Origin: the human T2T-CHM13v2.0 reference genome, Homo sapiens
Assembly (NCBI RefSeq): GCF_009914755.1
Contig: NC_060925.1
Reading direction: 5' to 3' (one strand)
DNA length: 64,000 bases
Shown: piece by piece, positions 15,326 to 37,874 of the stretch
Numbering within the stretch: the first letter of the stretch is position 1
How the letters are laid out: every line of letters starts with the position of its first letter
Notes under the pieces: generated by a model
What the model was told of the DNA's origin: nothing
What the model saw: only the letters and a program-made list of their open reading frames with translations
The model's database searches: none
Program-made: the position numbers and the translations under genes

Positions 15326-16330
15326 CTTGATGAATCTGCAAGGGAAAACTCTAGAGGACAAATCCAGAGAAAAGGCATCACTCTCAGGCCAAATATGATC
15401 ACCTCATCTTCTCCTATTGCTAATCTCATTGCTCTGGTGGAGGTGGAAAAGCCCTCAATTCCCCCCAGTTCCATTCTGCACTTGGTGGCCACAAATCTGT
15501 ATCTGTGCCCCTGTGACTACCACAAAGAATGTCTTTCAAACACCAAGGAGGGGACGAGGTGGCCAGTGGCCCATTAATTTCTATACATTGCTCCACTGAA
15601 ACTCAGGATTACTGGGATCTGTCACTCAGGATCCTGAAAGCTAAGCTCCACCTTTTTGAGGGAAATTTTTTTGTTACTTACCACCCAAAAACAATGAGAA
15701 TGACTGTCCTGTGGCCCCACACAGCCTGCATTCTCAGTTTACACAATTAGCATGCTTGGGGAAGACTGAAGTGACTCCTTAAAATCAATGCCACTTGTTT
15801 TTATTTTGAAAAATTATAAGAGAAACTATAAAAGCAGTGTGGCAGTATTCTAGAGCACTTGGAAGGTGCGGGTGGAAACACTAAGTCTCAGATGAAGGAT
15901 CCAATACTCATCCCTTCTACATACTCACAATCACCCACTTAGGGACAGAGTCTAAGGGCAGAGATAAATCCCATGTTCAGAACAAGACTCGAGAAAATCA
16001 CAATACAACTAAGTGTGTGAACTGTAGCTGAAGGGCACAGAAACAAATAACTTCACATGTCAAGACATAAAAATTCATCCAACTGTAAATTTTTAATATC
16101 TTTTTTAAAAAACTGCTTCAATAAGAATTTTGAAATGAGAAAAATGAAGCAGAAATCAAAATTTGAGGGATGAAGTGAATACTATATTTAGAGGAAAAAT
16201 CAAAACCTACATCTGTTAAATTGAAAAAACAGACAGGAAATTCTCTGTGCCACTTTGGGCTGTGTGTCACCATCCCTGACTGGCTGGCTGCAGATCAGAT
16301 GGGCATGTTCCTAAGGAGGTGGTGACTTAC

Positions 16331-16575
16331 CAGATCTGGACTCAGTTTGTAGGGTGCTGGGATCTCTCAGAGAATCAAGCAGTAGTTCCAGGCACCAGGG
16401 CTTTGGGTCTCTCCTTTGCAAACTCAGGAGCTTTTATTGATGTTTCTAACCACACCCTCCCCTTCTCAATCACCAGCTTCCAATCAGAAAGTGATACCTG
16501 ATTAGATTCCGAAGTTCCACCTAGTTAGTCCTGATTGAGTTTTACACTTTCTTCTGATTCATTGATTAAATTAGA
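16331..16575 (-). promoter_or_regulatory. Non-coding exon 1 and promoter of the PRAMEF8-type gene
   Basis: Donor GATCTG|gtaagt at 16331. TATA-like CAATAAAA near 16432-16439, CCAAT near 16480, DUX4-like sites at 16499-16509, 16532-16542 and 16563-16573 (the last is a perfect TAATTTAATCA). Homologous to 34560-34823 and 46630-46895. Confidence 0.75.
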
Positions 16576-17345
16576 TGTGCATTTATGAAAGTGAAAGAAT
16601 AAATAACAGGGTGAAAGTCCAAAACTCATTAATTCATTTATTCCCCAAACACTGATGAAGTTTGACTAATATGTGACCTTCATAGAGACATGGAAGGTTT
16701 AATCTGTTCCTGACATTAGAAAGAAAAAACAAAACCTGATGATATCTTTATGGGAAAATCTGTGGCCACATCGAAATTATCAAAACGTTTCGTTAAGACA
16801 GTTAAAACAGCTTTAAAAAGACAGTGATGTCCACCCTAAGAAAACGGATTAAAAAGCTCCTTTATCCAATGGTCACCTGGGTTTTATGTTTTATAACAGG
16901 GCAGGTCATATGTGGGTTCAGGTTGAAAAGGGGACCACGGAGGGTGTGATTGATCACAAGACTAAGGTCAAGGCTTCACTGAAGGAAATCAGGACAGAAT
17001 GACAAAGTGAGGTGGCGGCTGGGCAGGATGGGACCGGGTGTTCTAGTAGAACCCTGGGAAGGAACCAAGACAGCATAAAACATGGTGGGTATTTTGTGGG
17101 CATCTCCACAGAAGGATTGAAAGACTCTGTCTAGATTGAGTTTAAAAATTAAAAAGGGAATAATTACAAAAGAGACAGTGCAGACTCTTCAAACACAACA
17201 TTGTCTTTGAGGGCAGAGGAGGCAGATACAGTCTTGGCCTCTACTACAAGGGAAAGCGTGTTTACTCCCAAAAATGATGGGCTCGCCTCGGAAAATCAGC
17301 CTGGGAAGATGGAATCTGAGAATGTGAGCTGGGGCAGATGCCAGA

Positions 17346-17458
17346 GGAAGGAAGGAAGGAAGGGAGGGAGGAAGGAAGGAAGGGAGGGAGGGAGGGAGGG
17401 AGGGAGGGAGGGAGGGAGGGAGGGAAGGAGGGAGGGAGGGAGGGAAGGAAGGAAATGA

Positions 17459-17533
<75 letters not shown>
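17346..17533 (+). repeat. Compound purine microsatellite (GGAA/GGGA/GAAA/GA)n
   Basis: Directly visible. Confidence 0.95.
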
Positions 17534-17534
<1 letters not shown>

Positions 17535-20500
17535 AACTCAGCCTTCCTGTCTTTAAGAACGGTGCACACATCTGGTTGTATTGTGTGCAAATGTACAATA
17601 CATTTCCCCAACAAAACCTGGAAGCTCTATTTCATGTTAAAAGATCTGCTAAGTTCAGGGATGGCTCCCATCCTAAGCAGGATCACACAGTCATTCTTCT
17701 GCTATTTTAGGGCACAAAGTAGCAAGAACGTCCCCCGCCTCCAGAAAGTCCTCCAGGCCTTTCTCTCCCATTCCATATGAAACCCAAACAGCCCGGAGAT
17801 GCCACTGGCTTCCAAAACTGAAGTACTTTGAAGGATGTTCTCCATCATGGAATATTTCTGTAAATGTTCTTTCTCCACATTTCTGACCTCACTATCAATG
17901 CCCTGCTATGTGTGCAATCGAGTTAAACTGAAACGTGCTCAGTGCGGCTTCTACTTCACCTGCCCTCACTTTGTGAGCCTGAGGCTGAGGGTGAGCTCAG
18001 CACCAAAGGTGATCCTGAGTGTCTCTGTTGATTGAGCATGCACAAGGCACAGCAGGGACTGGTACCATTCATCCAAGATCTCAGCTCTCCCTCACGAGGA
18101 ATCTAAGGCATGTTGCTATATTCCTCATTTTTAAAGTGGTGACCCTGAGACTTGGCTAGGGAGAGGAACCTGCCCGTGTTCAGGCAGCAAATGATGGACA
18201 GACCCCTCTGGTGAGGAGCTCAGAGGATCCCCTAAGGAGTTCAATAATCTAAATGTTGAAAAGAACTGATTGACAGACTTTCCCTTCCTGCCCAATTCAG
18301 AAGGTCCAGCACCACCCCCAGGACCCCAGTGAGAATCCCGCACTTGGGGGCATTTCTACCATGTCCTGTCACCTGTTCTTCTCAAGGTGCTCATCTGCTG
18401 TCAAACTCAGAGCATCCTTCAGAGCCCCTCTGAGAAGATGACCTGACCCCTTCTCCACTCACAGAATCTCCACCAGAATACCAAAGCTCCCCCAGGCACT
18501 TGCTCAGGGTCTCTAGAATATTTCTGAGCTTCTGTTTCCCTCCTGCAGACTGAGCTGTCAAGGCAGGTATCTCTTTATGCATCCTGGATACCTCAGCCCA
18601 AATCTCCTGAACAACAGAACATGGCCACAATGCTGGGAGACCTTCACCCCAGAGCAGTCATTGAGGAATTCTCCCAAAATTCTATTGAGCTATTTTGGTG
18701 AACATGAGAAGCCATAAAGCAGGGAGTTCCTCAGCTGCTGCTCTGGCCCTAAAGAGGCCCCTGGGACAGGACTGCTGGAGGGTGACCCTGCCTGGCACGC
18801 AGAAGGAGACCTGAGTCCTCTGGTCTTCCTATGGGTGCCAGGCTGAGAAGAGGTCCTGGGAAATGTCTCGGTGCAGGGGCCATCCCTTCCCAGGCTCCCC
18901 TGGGTCAGCCTTAGAGCTGACAAGGCTGCACCTGGAATGCAGTCAGTCTGTTTCTGTCCAAGTCAGGTCTCTTCTTAGCCTGAGCTGTTCACCCTCTGTG
19001 CATTTCTAAGAGTCAAAATCTCTGTTCTGGCCCTGTTGCCCTTCTCTGGTCCTCAACCGGGTCTGATTCCAGGTCAGATTCATGCACATCGTGTGCTAAA
19101 GTAGGGGCTTCCTCTCTTTCTTCCTCCAATCAAGTCTGAGGACAAGGTCACCCTGAAAGCAGACACTTGATGCTGAGGGAGGTGCTCAGAGCCTGGGGTG
19201 GGAGGAGGTCTGCACCCTCACTCCAGGCTGGACAGAGCCAGAGGGACTGAAAGTAGGAATGGGGCCAAGAAGGGGAGTGATCAGAGGAGCTGATGGGGCT
19301 GAAATAAAGGGGAAGGAGGGAGGTGGCAGCAGAGCAGGCAGCCAGGTTCTCTGGCTCTCATAGAGCTGTGTCTCTGAAAGGCAGGGACTTGTGTCTGAGA
19401 CCGTGGGGCACTGGGGCTTGGACTTGGGTCTGTGAGTTCCCAAGACACTTTATGTGCCCTGGTCTGCATGAGGTTTTAGTGGCTGCCCCATCCTGCCCCA
19501 GGGGCACAGAGTCAGGAGAGTGGGGAGTCCCAGGAGAGGAAGAGCGGGTGGCGAGTGTCCATCCTGGATCCAAAGACAAGCAGCAGGTCAGAAGGAAGCA
19601 GCTGTGGCTTGAGGCCAAGGAAAGGATTCTCTTTGGAAATCGTGCAGCTCCATCTTTTCACTGGTCAGAGCCTTATGGGACGGTGAGGACTGGGCTTTTC
19701 AGGAGGGAATGAAAAAGAATGGGGTCTGGCTCAGAGTCCCTGACATCCAAGTTATTCCAAACCTCCTCTGACAAGCAAAGGGAAAATCATGGAGGATGGA
19801 AGTCAAACCAAGGCTCACATGGCTGCCCAGAGCTTTCCAGTGGATCCAGAGAGGGCACAATGATCCTCAGTCAGAAAAGTCCTCCAATGTCCAGCACTGA
19901 GGCCCAACAAGAGTGCCTGGAGGGGACTCTCTGTGACATGTCTGAAGAGAAGATTCTGGCACATGTGACTCCTCCCACACCCTCTGCCTCCCCCTGACTC
20001 CTCTCCCCTTGATTCATTCAAAGACCTTCACTGAGCACCAGGGATTGCTTCCTGCAATTCCGGGTGCTACCAGGGAAGATGAATAAAATGCAAGGAAGCT
20101 GGAAAATGAACTCAGCAGAGGACACCAGGCTCAGCACTGCAATCCCGGTCAGAAAAATAACTCTGCAGGCTGCGCGGTACAGAGCGATCATAATAACCCA
20201 TGGGGATAATCACAGGTGTCCCAAATCCTTTAATCACTTTTTGTTGGAATATGAAGAGGTCTCTCACTGCTGAATATAAATATACAGGGAAGTGAAAAAC
20301 ATTAGTAAAACGAACATTTACTAAGTGCAATGTGACTCAAAGCACTGAGAAGCCAAGGGTTTTATTTCTTTGAAACAACTTGCCAAGGCAGTTTGAACAG
20401 TGATCATCTTCCTCCTGGGCTCAGCACCGCAGAGGCAGCTGGTGTCTTCTCCACCTGGGAGAGTTGTCCTGCTTTTTTTTAAGTTGGGATAGGCCAGTGA

Positions 20501-22492
20501 GTCGGGAAGTTTGTTCATCTTGGGCTTGGGGTACAGGAGGAGTTGGTGGGGTGCCTGTGGCCACTCCACTGCCCTCTGGGATTAGGAGGAGACAGTGGGG
20601 TCAGGACTCACCCCCTGGCCTGTGCTTCAGGTGATCCCTCTCTGTCCTGTGGATGTGGGGTTGGGAGCAGGTTTGGGGTCCTCGCCTATCCCCATTGGCT
20701 CTTCTTGGGAAGATGAATTTATGGGGCACCTGCAGGTGGCCACGTGTGGGAAGGAATCTCAGAACTTACATGGATCCATGCAAATGAGGCTTCCTTCAGG
20801 CAGACACAGGAACTCTGAGCCTCCCTGATGCTGCAGGCACCTGGGTTTGGGGACCCTCTTGGAGACAAATGCATGGAGCGTCCCAGCAAGTTTCCCTGTC
20901 TCCCAGCTCCTCCCTGGGCTTCTGCATCCGGGAGTCAGGGCCGGATCAAGAGAAGCCCTGCGGGGAGTGGGAAGGACATAGGATTCTCAGGGTCTCAAGT
21001 TCAGCTTTTAACATTATCCTCAAAGGTGGGGTTTTTCCCAGAGGCCTCCTTTCCACAGATCCCATGCCTTCTTGCTGGACTCACGGGAAACTTGCCCTGC
21101 TAGAGACATGGCATATTTTACTTTTCTGTGCCATGGAGCCATGCTGGAGAGCTGTGACTTCCTAGCTGACCACACACACACATAAACATGTAAACACCAT
21201 GAGGTCATTGTAGGGATGCCCACTGGGCCTGCGGTTCTCCCATAGCACCCAGTTCATAAAAGCCTCCCTTTCACTCACCTGGGGCCTGGAGTCATTGGCC
21301 TCCTCCTGTCTCATTGATCCAGCATTTGGCCTTGACTGGCCAGTGACTCAGACCCCAGCAAGAAGGACAAAATGACTAGTTCACGTGCTTTAGGGGAAAC
21401 ACAGAGAGAATGAGAAGACCAGTGTCTGAACTGGCAGGTTGTGAATTGGCTCAGGGAGATGAGACTGGAGAGGTGCAGCCAGGGGCAAGGGTGACTCAGG
21501 GGTCATTGGCAGTTTGGGATTAGGGTTGTGAGGCCACTTGAAGCCTATCTTCCACATCCCCGAGGTGGCTGAGAGGACCGTGTTCCCTGGGGGGACAACC
21601 AGAGGGCAGGGACACGCTTCAGAAGATTCTTGCACTGTCCAGACAGGAGGTCCTGGTGTCCACTTGAGTGGCCATGGACAGCATAGGGACGTCCTGGAGG
21701 CAGAGTCAGCAGGACTTGCTCTTAATTCTTCCTGGGGTGGATGTGAAGCTTGTGTCCTGGCAGAGGGAGTGGTTGGCACAGGAGAGGACTCTGCCTTAGG
21801 GCTGAGTTATCCCCTGTGGCCTCAACTGTTTTCCTGATTATGCCTGTTGTCTTTGAATGTCAACAAAAGTAGCCAACATTTATGGAGGGTTTATTATGCC
21901 CCATGCTTTGGGCTCAGCATTTTTACCTGAAGATTGAGATTATCCTTCTACACATTTGATGGAGAAAGAGACACATTCAAAGAGAGAGGGAGAAATTTTC
22001 AAGGTCAGACAGCCTGTAAGTGGTGGGACTGGAATGACGGAATGTCTGTTTGTCAACATCTTTGGCGGTGACATGATACTGTCCCAGTCCCTGCAATCTG
22101 CTGCTCATTTTCATCCTTTCAAATAAAACTCCACAGTCAGAGGCTTGTGCAAGAGTTGGGGTCCAGAGCATCAGGTCTAATGTTTGCTATGTTTATATTC
22201 ACTGCCAAATCTGTTATTCCAAAGAAATTTTACTAGTGAAATAGAAATACGTTGTCTGACAGCATTACCCCCTGTGATATGGTTTGGATCGAACCATTGC
22301 TCTCCAGCCTGGCAACAGAGTGAGACTCCATCTCCAAAAAAAAAAGCAATTAATTATAACAACACGTCCATTCACTCTCCAAAGTGTCTGGGACTGGACA
22401 ATTAATTGTCAGGCCCTCTTCTGTAGCACCATACACTAGAGCATATACGTGGATTAAAATAAATACACACACAAAATGCAAGTATATATTCT

Positions 22493-27895
<5,403 letters not shown>

Positions 27896-28406
27896 AAGTA
27901 TATATTCTAAATACTTTCTATATACTTATATTCTAAGAGGTCACATGCAAATTCAAGGCTAGGTCAAAGAGTAGAGTGGCTATCTATGGAAAGGGGAGTG
28001 GAAGTGAATCATGGTAATAAAAATTAAGTATAGATATAGATAGGAATAGATAGACATACACACATATAGCTGCAAGAAAGGGGAATGTCATGGACCAATG
28101 ATGTCAGTGAGCCATGTAAAAAGGCTACAATTCTTGTGATTGTGTGTCTGTTTTCAGGATGGGTTGTAGCTTACCTTTTTAGAAAGGCTGATGCCACAGC
28201 CATAGTGAATAAATGGTTATAAAATGTGTTTCCTTTCTGGGGCATCTCTGGAGAAATCTCCAGTGGTAGGAGAACTCCGTTTACTGGGCAGGTGATCACA
28301 CAGATAAGATTTTTCAGATCCAATGGCACTACCATTAACTTCATTATCCTTGGTATTCTACAAAGGTCGAGTGAAGAAATGGTATCTTGAAACTAAAATT
28401 AGCTAA

Positions 28407-28720
<314 letters not shown>

Positions 28721-29124
28721 CAAGACTGGATTACTTTAATGAAATTTTTACCACCCCCTATGGGAAAACACAGCCAGATCCCCCATAAGGTATTTTTTTT
28801 TCACCAACTGCAATCAGAAACACTGATAATTAAGTATTTACTGGAGAACCTATGCCTTTGATAATAGAACATTATGTATCCCCTGCACTTTTTAGCTCTG
28901 ATCATGTAACCAGAGGATCAACTCCAACAGATTAGTCATTGCTTAAGTTGTTACAGGTGATGACGCAAAGCCCAAATTGCTCAGGCATGTCCGATGGGAA
29001 AAAGGTTTAACCTCTTAACTATTAACACAGCCAGGCGGACTGTTTGAATTGGCATCATCTGAAACCAGTTGGAGAGATGATGCAAGCTTGCTCCACCATC
29101 CCCAGATTGGGGAGACAGGTTTAG

Positions 29125-30830
<1,706 letters not shown>

Positions 30831-30849
30831 CAGTTAACTGTTAATAAAT

Positions 30850-31140
30850 TTTTTTTTCCCAAAATGGAGTCTTGCTCTGTCACCCAGGCTGGAGTGCAGA
30901 GGTGCAATCTCGACTCACTGCAACCTCTGCCTCACAGGATCAAGTGATTCTTCTGCCTCAGCCTCCTAAGTAGCTGGGATTACAGACATGGGTCATCACA
31001 CCCAGCTAATTTGTGTATTTTTCATAGAGACAGGGTTTCACCATATTGGCCAGGCTGGATTCGAACCCCTGACCTTGTGATCCGCCTACCTTGGCCTCCT
31101 AAAGTGCTGCAAATATAGGTGTCAGCCACCATGCCCAGCC
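30850..31140 (-). mobile_element. Alu
   Basis: poly-T plus dimer. Confidence 0.88.
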
Positions 31141-33232
31141 TTTTTTGCTTTTCTATGCACTTAGGAGAGTGAGCCCATCGTTCAGTAACAATATGACTCA
31201 GTACTGCAAGACCTTTCAAAGCCTATTTCCAGTTGGTGAAGGAGGGTTTCGATGATCACTGGACCTTCATGCCCTACCATTTGGAGACTGCATCTTTTAA
31301 AATGACACCAAGGGAAATCTGCCCATGAGCAGCATTGGATGGGACCATACCAGGTGACTTAAAATTAAGGATAACCAAGGAACAAAGTCTTTCTTAGAAG
31401 CAGACATCATCACATGGTAGACAGCTTTTTTAAGAAAATGGGACAAAACTCCATTTGATCTCCTTCCACTGACTGAGACTTGGTTTTGTTTTGTATTAAC
31501 ACAAAATGATCAAGCCTACATTTTATTTTGTTACGTACTTTCACCAGTCAAAGCAAACACTTTCTAAGTTCTCCTATTCAAAATTTAGCCACTCTCACTA
31601 ACCAAAGCAATTACTGGCTATGGAGTCATTTAGATGAATGGGAAGGATCACAACTAATAGTAGAACCTGCTCTCACACACGGTTGGTTAATATTGATAAT
31701 TAAATGACTTGGCACTGAGCAGAAGCTATAGATGCAAATGGGTGGCCTATGACTATTGTTGATTTCATTACTTGTAACTTATCTCCATGCATAGGAAACA
31801 TTAGTGTAACCGGGTCTAATCTAGGTAGTGTCCCAGACTCCCCTTGGAATCAAACTCTTTCATTTGACACACATTATGAAGACTGAAATGCTATAAGTAT
31901 TGACATAGACACAGAATCAGAACATGACCATGTTATCCTCTGCCATATAATCAGAGAACTTACTGAAACTAGACATTTGTTCATTGGAAACTCGAGGCAA
32001 ATAGAATGCATCTATAGCTCTACCATATGAAATAAACAATAGTTTCATTTATTGGATGCATCCATACTCAGCACATATTTGGAGAAGACCCTATTCATTC
32101 TTCAATGGAGATGACATGCAAGGATTATATAATAAAATTCATAAAAATATTTTTTCATCCCACCCCAGTTCAAACTGTCACCATGCAACCTGGTGTCAGT
32201 GGAAGGTAAGGCGCTTAAGGCAGAAATAATTAAATAAATCTTCATTGGAAGCTAAATGTGAGAATCAATGTGGAAGACACAGACCAACAAAGTGGGTGTG
32301 TTCCAAAGTCTGTTACAAGTTGGAATGCTTTTGTGAGAAAAGTTAAAAGAAGGGAATGAGACTCCTCCTATCAGCTTTTTTTTTAAATTTTCTTTTGTTT
32401 TACTGACCTGGCAAGGCTCAAATAGAGTTGAGTTTTTGTTTTGTTTTTGTTTTTTCCATTGGAAGGTACAATACAGAGGTTACAATCATTGACTTTAGCT
32501 GACAACATAACAAGTTAAACATTTTCCTTGCAAGACAACCAGTGAAACTTCATGATCAGAATCAAATCAGTGTCCTTCTCACTGTAAGTGGGTGAAGCTT
32601 CATCAATAATTGCAGAGTTTGAGGCACTCATGAACTCAAGATCAGATTCTTTACTCAGGGACAGAATGTAAGCCAATCATAAGACCTTCCACAGGTGGTT
32701 AATTTGGACTCCTGAAAAATGTGACCTGTAAGTTTTCACTGGCAATATGCAGGTGCACATATGACAAATAATAACCAGGACCTTTATATCACCCCCAGCT
32801 GGTGGGGAATGGGATCCTTTTGACCCTTTCTCTCCATAATACCAGGCTACTCATGTTGTGTGGCAATAAAATATATGGTCTACTTCACAGAGAAAGAGAT
32901 TCTTTTTTAAAAAAAAAGGATTTTTATTATGAAATGAGCAAAGCAATGGGAATAGATGTGAGATTATTCAGGGAGGTAAAGGAAGACAAAGGTTTTGAAA
33001 GGAAAAATCAGGAGAATTACATACACTGTTTTGGAAGACTCATTCTTGGTCACAAGTATCAACACCAAGGGGGCCTCAGTGCAATGTTGGAAAGATTCCT
33101 CCTCCACGCCCTCAATAACCCCCAACATGTTTACCAAGTCTTGGTTCACTCCCCGGATCCCATTAAAACACACAGCTCAACCCTGACCAGCCTCCACCTT
33201 CACTTCCCTTTGTAATTTTGACATGACTTTTT

Positions 33233-33808
33233 TTACAGGACCATCAGGTTCCTATGCCTGCAGCACAGTAGCATACTAATATTCTGAGACAGCAGGGTTT
33301 GCAGCAGAGAGTTTAACGATCACAGGGTGGCAAAATGAAAAGCTGGGAGGAGACCCTCAAATTCATCTCCCCAAGAAGTACTGAGAGTTTTCAGAGGATC
33401 ATGGATAGCAAGAGGCTGGAAAGTTGGTGCAGTTTGGTGGCAGTAAGAGGTATGAAGTCATCAGGATGTCAAAACTGCATTCCTTGGTGAGTTGGTGCCT
33501 TGCAGGGCCCTTCAGATCACCTGCCATCAGTAGCTTCACTGACATGCAGAACCTGAAAGAATATGTCAAATGAAAAAGTTAATGTTTTACAAGGCCTAAA
33601 TTGTTGTCTGCAGGGCAGTTAAGGGCAACTGTAATCTAAGGTCTACATGATTTTGGGACAGCAGGCTGCCAGCAACCATGAGGAAGCAGGTCAGAGAGCA
33701 AGCTGACCTCATGATGAATGCTGAATGCACTGCAAGCTTGGTTTATGTCTGTTTCTCCCCCTCCCTTCTTCACTGATTAAATTTATAAAGTTTATAAGTA
33801 TGGTTGCA
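33233..33808 (-). mobile_element. ERV1 solo LTR (LTR26-like) about 0.9 kb upstream of the PRAMEF33-type TSS
   Basis: Antisense start tgcaaccatacttataaactttataaatttaatcag…ggagggggagaaac; duplicate at 45312-45880. Confidence 0.55.
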
Positions 33809-34175
33809 ATTTCTTCCAGAGTAACCTTAACCTAAGCCCTGAGACCACTCAGGTCCTCAGTGGCACCTCTCTTCCACCAGCAGGAGTGAAAAAATTGCTA
33901 CCTTAGGTGATATAAAACCCACAAGACCATTCAATACATGGAGATTTTTATTTTGATTTTGTAGGGACGACTCCTCTGTTTTTATAAAGCTATTTTAACT
34001 ATAAAACATTTTTGTGATTTTGATGTGGCCAAAGATCTCCCAACAATACTACTTTCAGATTTTAGTTTTCTGTCTAATATCTGGGAAAGATTAGACCCTT
34101 CCCTGCTTCAGACTCAGGACTATGCAGGTCACATATTAGTGAAATTCCATCAGTGTTTGTGAAGTTCACGAATGA

Positions 34176-34470
<295 letters not shown>

Positions 34471-34559
34471 TTGAATGAATGCATTCTTGATTCCCACCCT
34501 ATCCCTAACACTGTCAATTTCTTGATTCATGAACTTAATATGGATATCTGATATGAATG

Positions 34560-34823
34560 GATATCTGATTCAATCCATTAATCTGGGGAGAGCCAAAACC
34601 CCAATCAGGATTAACTGGGTGGAGCTTCAGAAATGCAATCAGATATCACTTGTTGATTGGAAGCTAGCAGTGGATACGTGGAGGGGTGTGGGTGGGAGTT
34701 GTGATTAGAAAGGTCAATAAAAGCTTCTAAAGACCCACAGAAGAGACCCAAAGTCTTCAAGTCTGGAGTTCCTGCTTAGTTCTTCCTGAGGTCTGAGCAC
34801 CCTCCAAACTGAGTCCAGATCTG
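34560..34823 (+). promoter_or_regulatory. Promoter and non-coding exon 1 of the PRAMEF33-type gene
   Basis: DUX4-like AACCCCAATCA (34597-34607) and AAATGCAATCA (34631-34641), reverse CCAAT 34654-34660, TATA-like CAATAAAA 34715-34722, donor GATCTG|gtaagt at 34823. Confidence 0.72.
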
Positions 34824-35047
34824 GTAAGTCACTAATCTCTCTGTAAGGACACTCCCAACTGACCTACAGTCAGCTGGTCTGGGATGGTGACAGTGCAGCC
34901 TAAGATGGCATAGAGTTATATCCTGTTTTGTTTTTTTTCTCATATGAACAATTTGAAGCTTTGCATTTTTTCCTCTAAATGCAGTTTTGTCTTTATTTCA
35001 AAAAATTGGATTGTGCTTTGGTTTATGTCATTTCAAAATTCTTGAAG

Positions 35048-36870
<1,823 letters not shown>

Positions 36871-37191
36871 AGATCCGAGCTTCAGAGATCCTCGGTAACA
36901 TTTCCCAGTGCTATGAGTTTATTGCAACAGTGGCTAATAATTCATGGACTAGGAGGGATCTTGCCTGCTCTTTAGAGGTTGGGACACACTCTTCTTGGTA
37001 CCAGAAGGGCAGAACCATGCCTCTGTAGCCACTTATTGCAGAACGGAATTGGAGTAAACTGAGGGCTCTTTCACACGTGCTAGAGAAATGACTTTGGCCC
37101 TAGGAGAAGTGGGGCTTGCTGGGGAATGGCCCGAGAAACTTGCCTTTTCACTTGATTGTCCTCTAGAGTTTTTCCTCGGAGATTTGTCAGA

Positions 37192-37478
37192 ATGAGCCTC
37201 CAGGCCCCATCCAGACTGCTGGAGCTGGCAGGGCAGAGCCTGCTGAGGAACCAGTTCTTGACCATCTTCACCCTGGATGAGCTGCCCAGGGAGGTCTTCC
37301 CTCTGATGTTCATGGAGGCCTTCAGCATGAGACGTTTTGAGGCCCTGAAGCTGATGGTGCAGGCCTGGCCCTTCCTCCGCCTCCCTCTGGGATCCCTGAT
37401 GAAGACACCTCATCTGGAGACCTTGCAAGCTGTCCTGAGGGGACTTGATACACTGGTGGCCCAGAAGGTTCGCCCCAG
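37192..37478 (+). CDS. PRAMEF33: PRAME family member (PRAMEF10/33 type), first coding exon; CDS = join(37192..37478,37875..38453,39566..40124), 474 aa
   Basis: [23 protein letters not shown]... Acceptor tctag| at 37167, donor AG|gtgagg. 287+579+559=1425 nt in frame. PRAMEF10 is near-identical. Confidence 0.88.
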
Positions 37479-37874
37479 GTGAGGTGACTCAGGTGGCTTT
37501 CGGGGAAGGGTCCAGGCATCCAGGGAAGGGACAGCTGGCTCAGGAGGAGTGGTGGGGTTGGGGAGCTAGGGTGGCTCAGAGGCTTCTGACGGTGCCCATG
37601 AGAGGCCTTGGCCATTGCCCAGATCCTCTGGAAAAGGTCTGCTCACCATACAGGGTCCACTGAGGAAACAGGAGCTTGCTTCCTCCCAGCAGAAAGTAAA
37701 GGTACTAGAAGTGGGTACCAGGCAGAATCCAAGAGGGAGCAGGATGGAGAAGAGACAGAAGGAGGAGCACTGAGGACAGGAGCAGCTGACTGATGTCCTG
37801 GATGTGGAGTGAAAGCTCAGGTCAGGGGTGGGTCCTTGCCTACATTCTGAGCTTTTCCCCTATGTTACTCATAG

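Noticed and set aside
31732-31739. Octamer ATGCAAAT motifs (also near 20778 and 27945)
   Set aside because: A few hits are expected by chance in 64 kb, and they are not shared among promoters.
32802-33215. 137-aa ORF with a paralogue at 44891..45145
   Set aside because: Non-ATG starts, truncated in the second copy, and within probable LTR-derived duplicated sequence.
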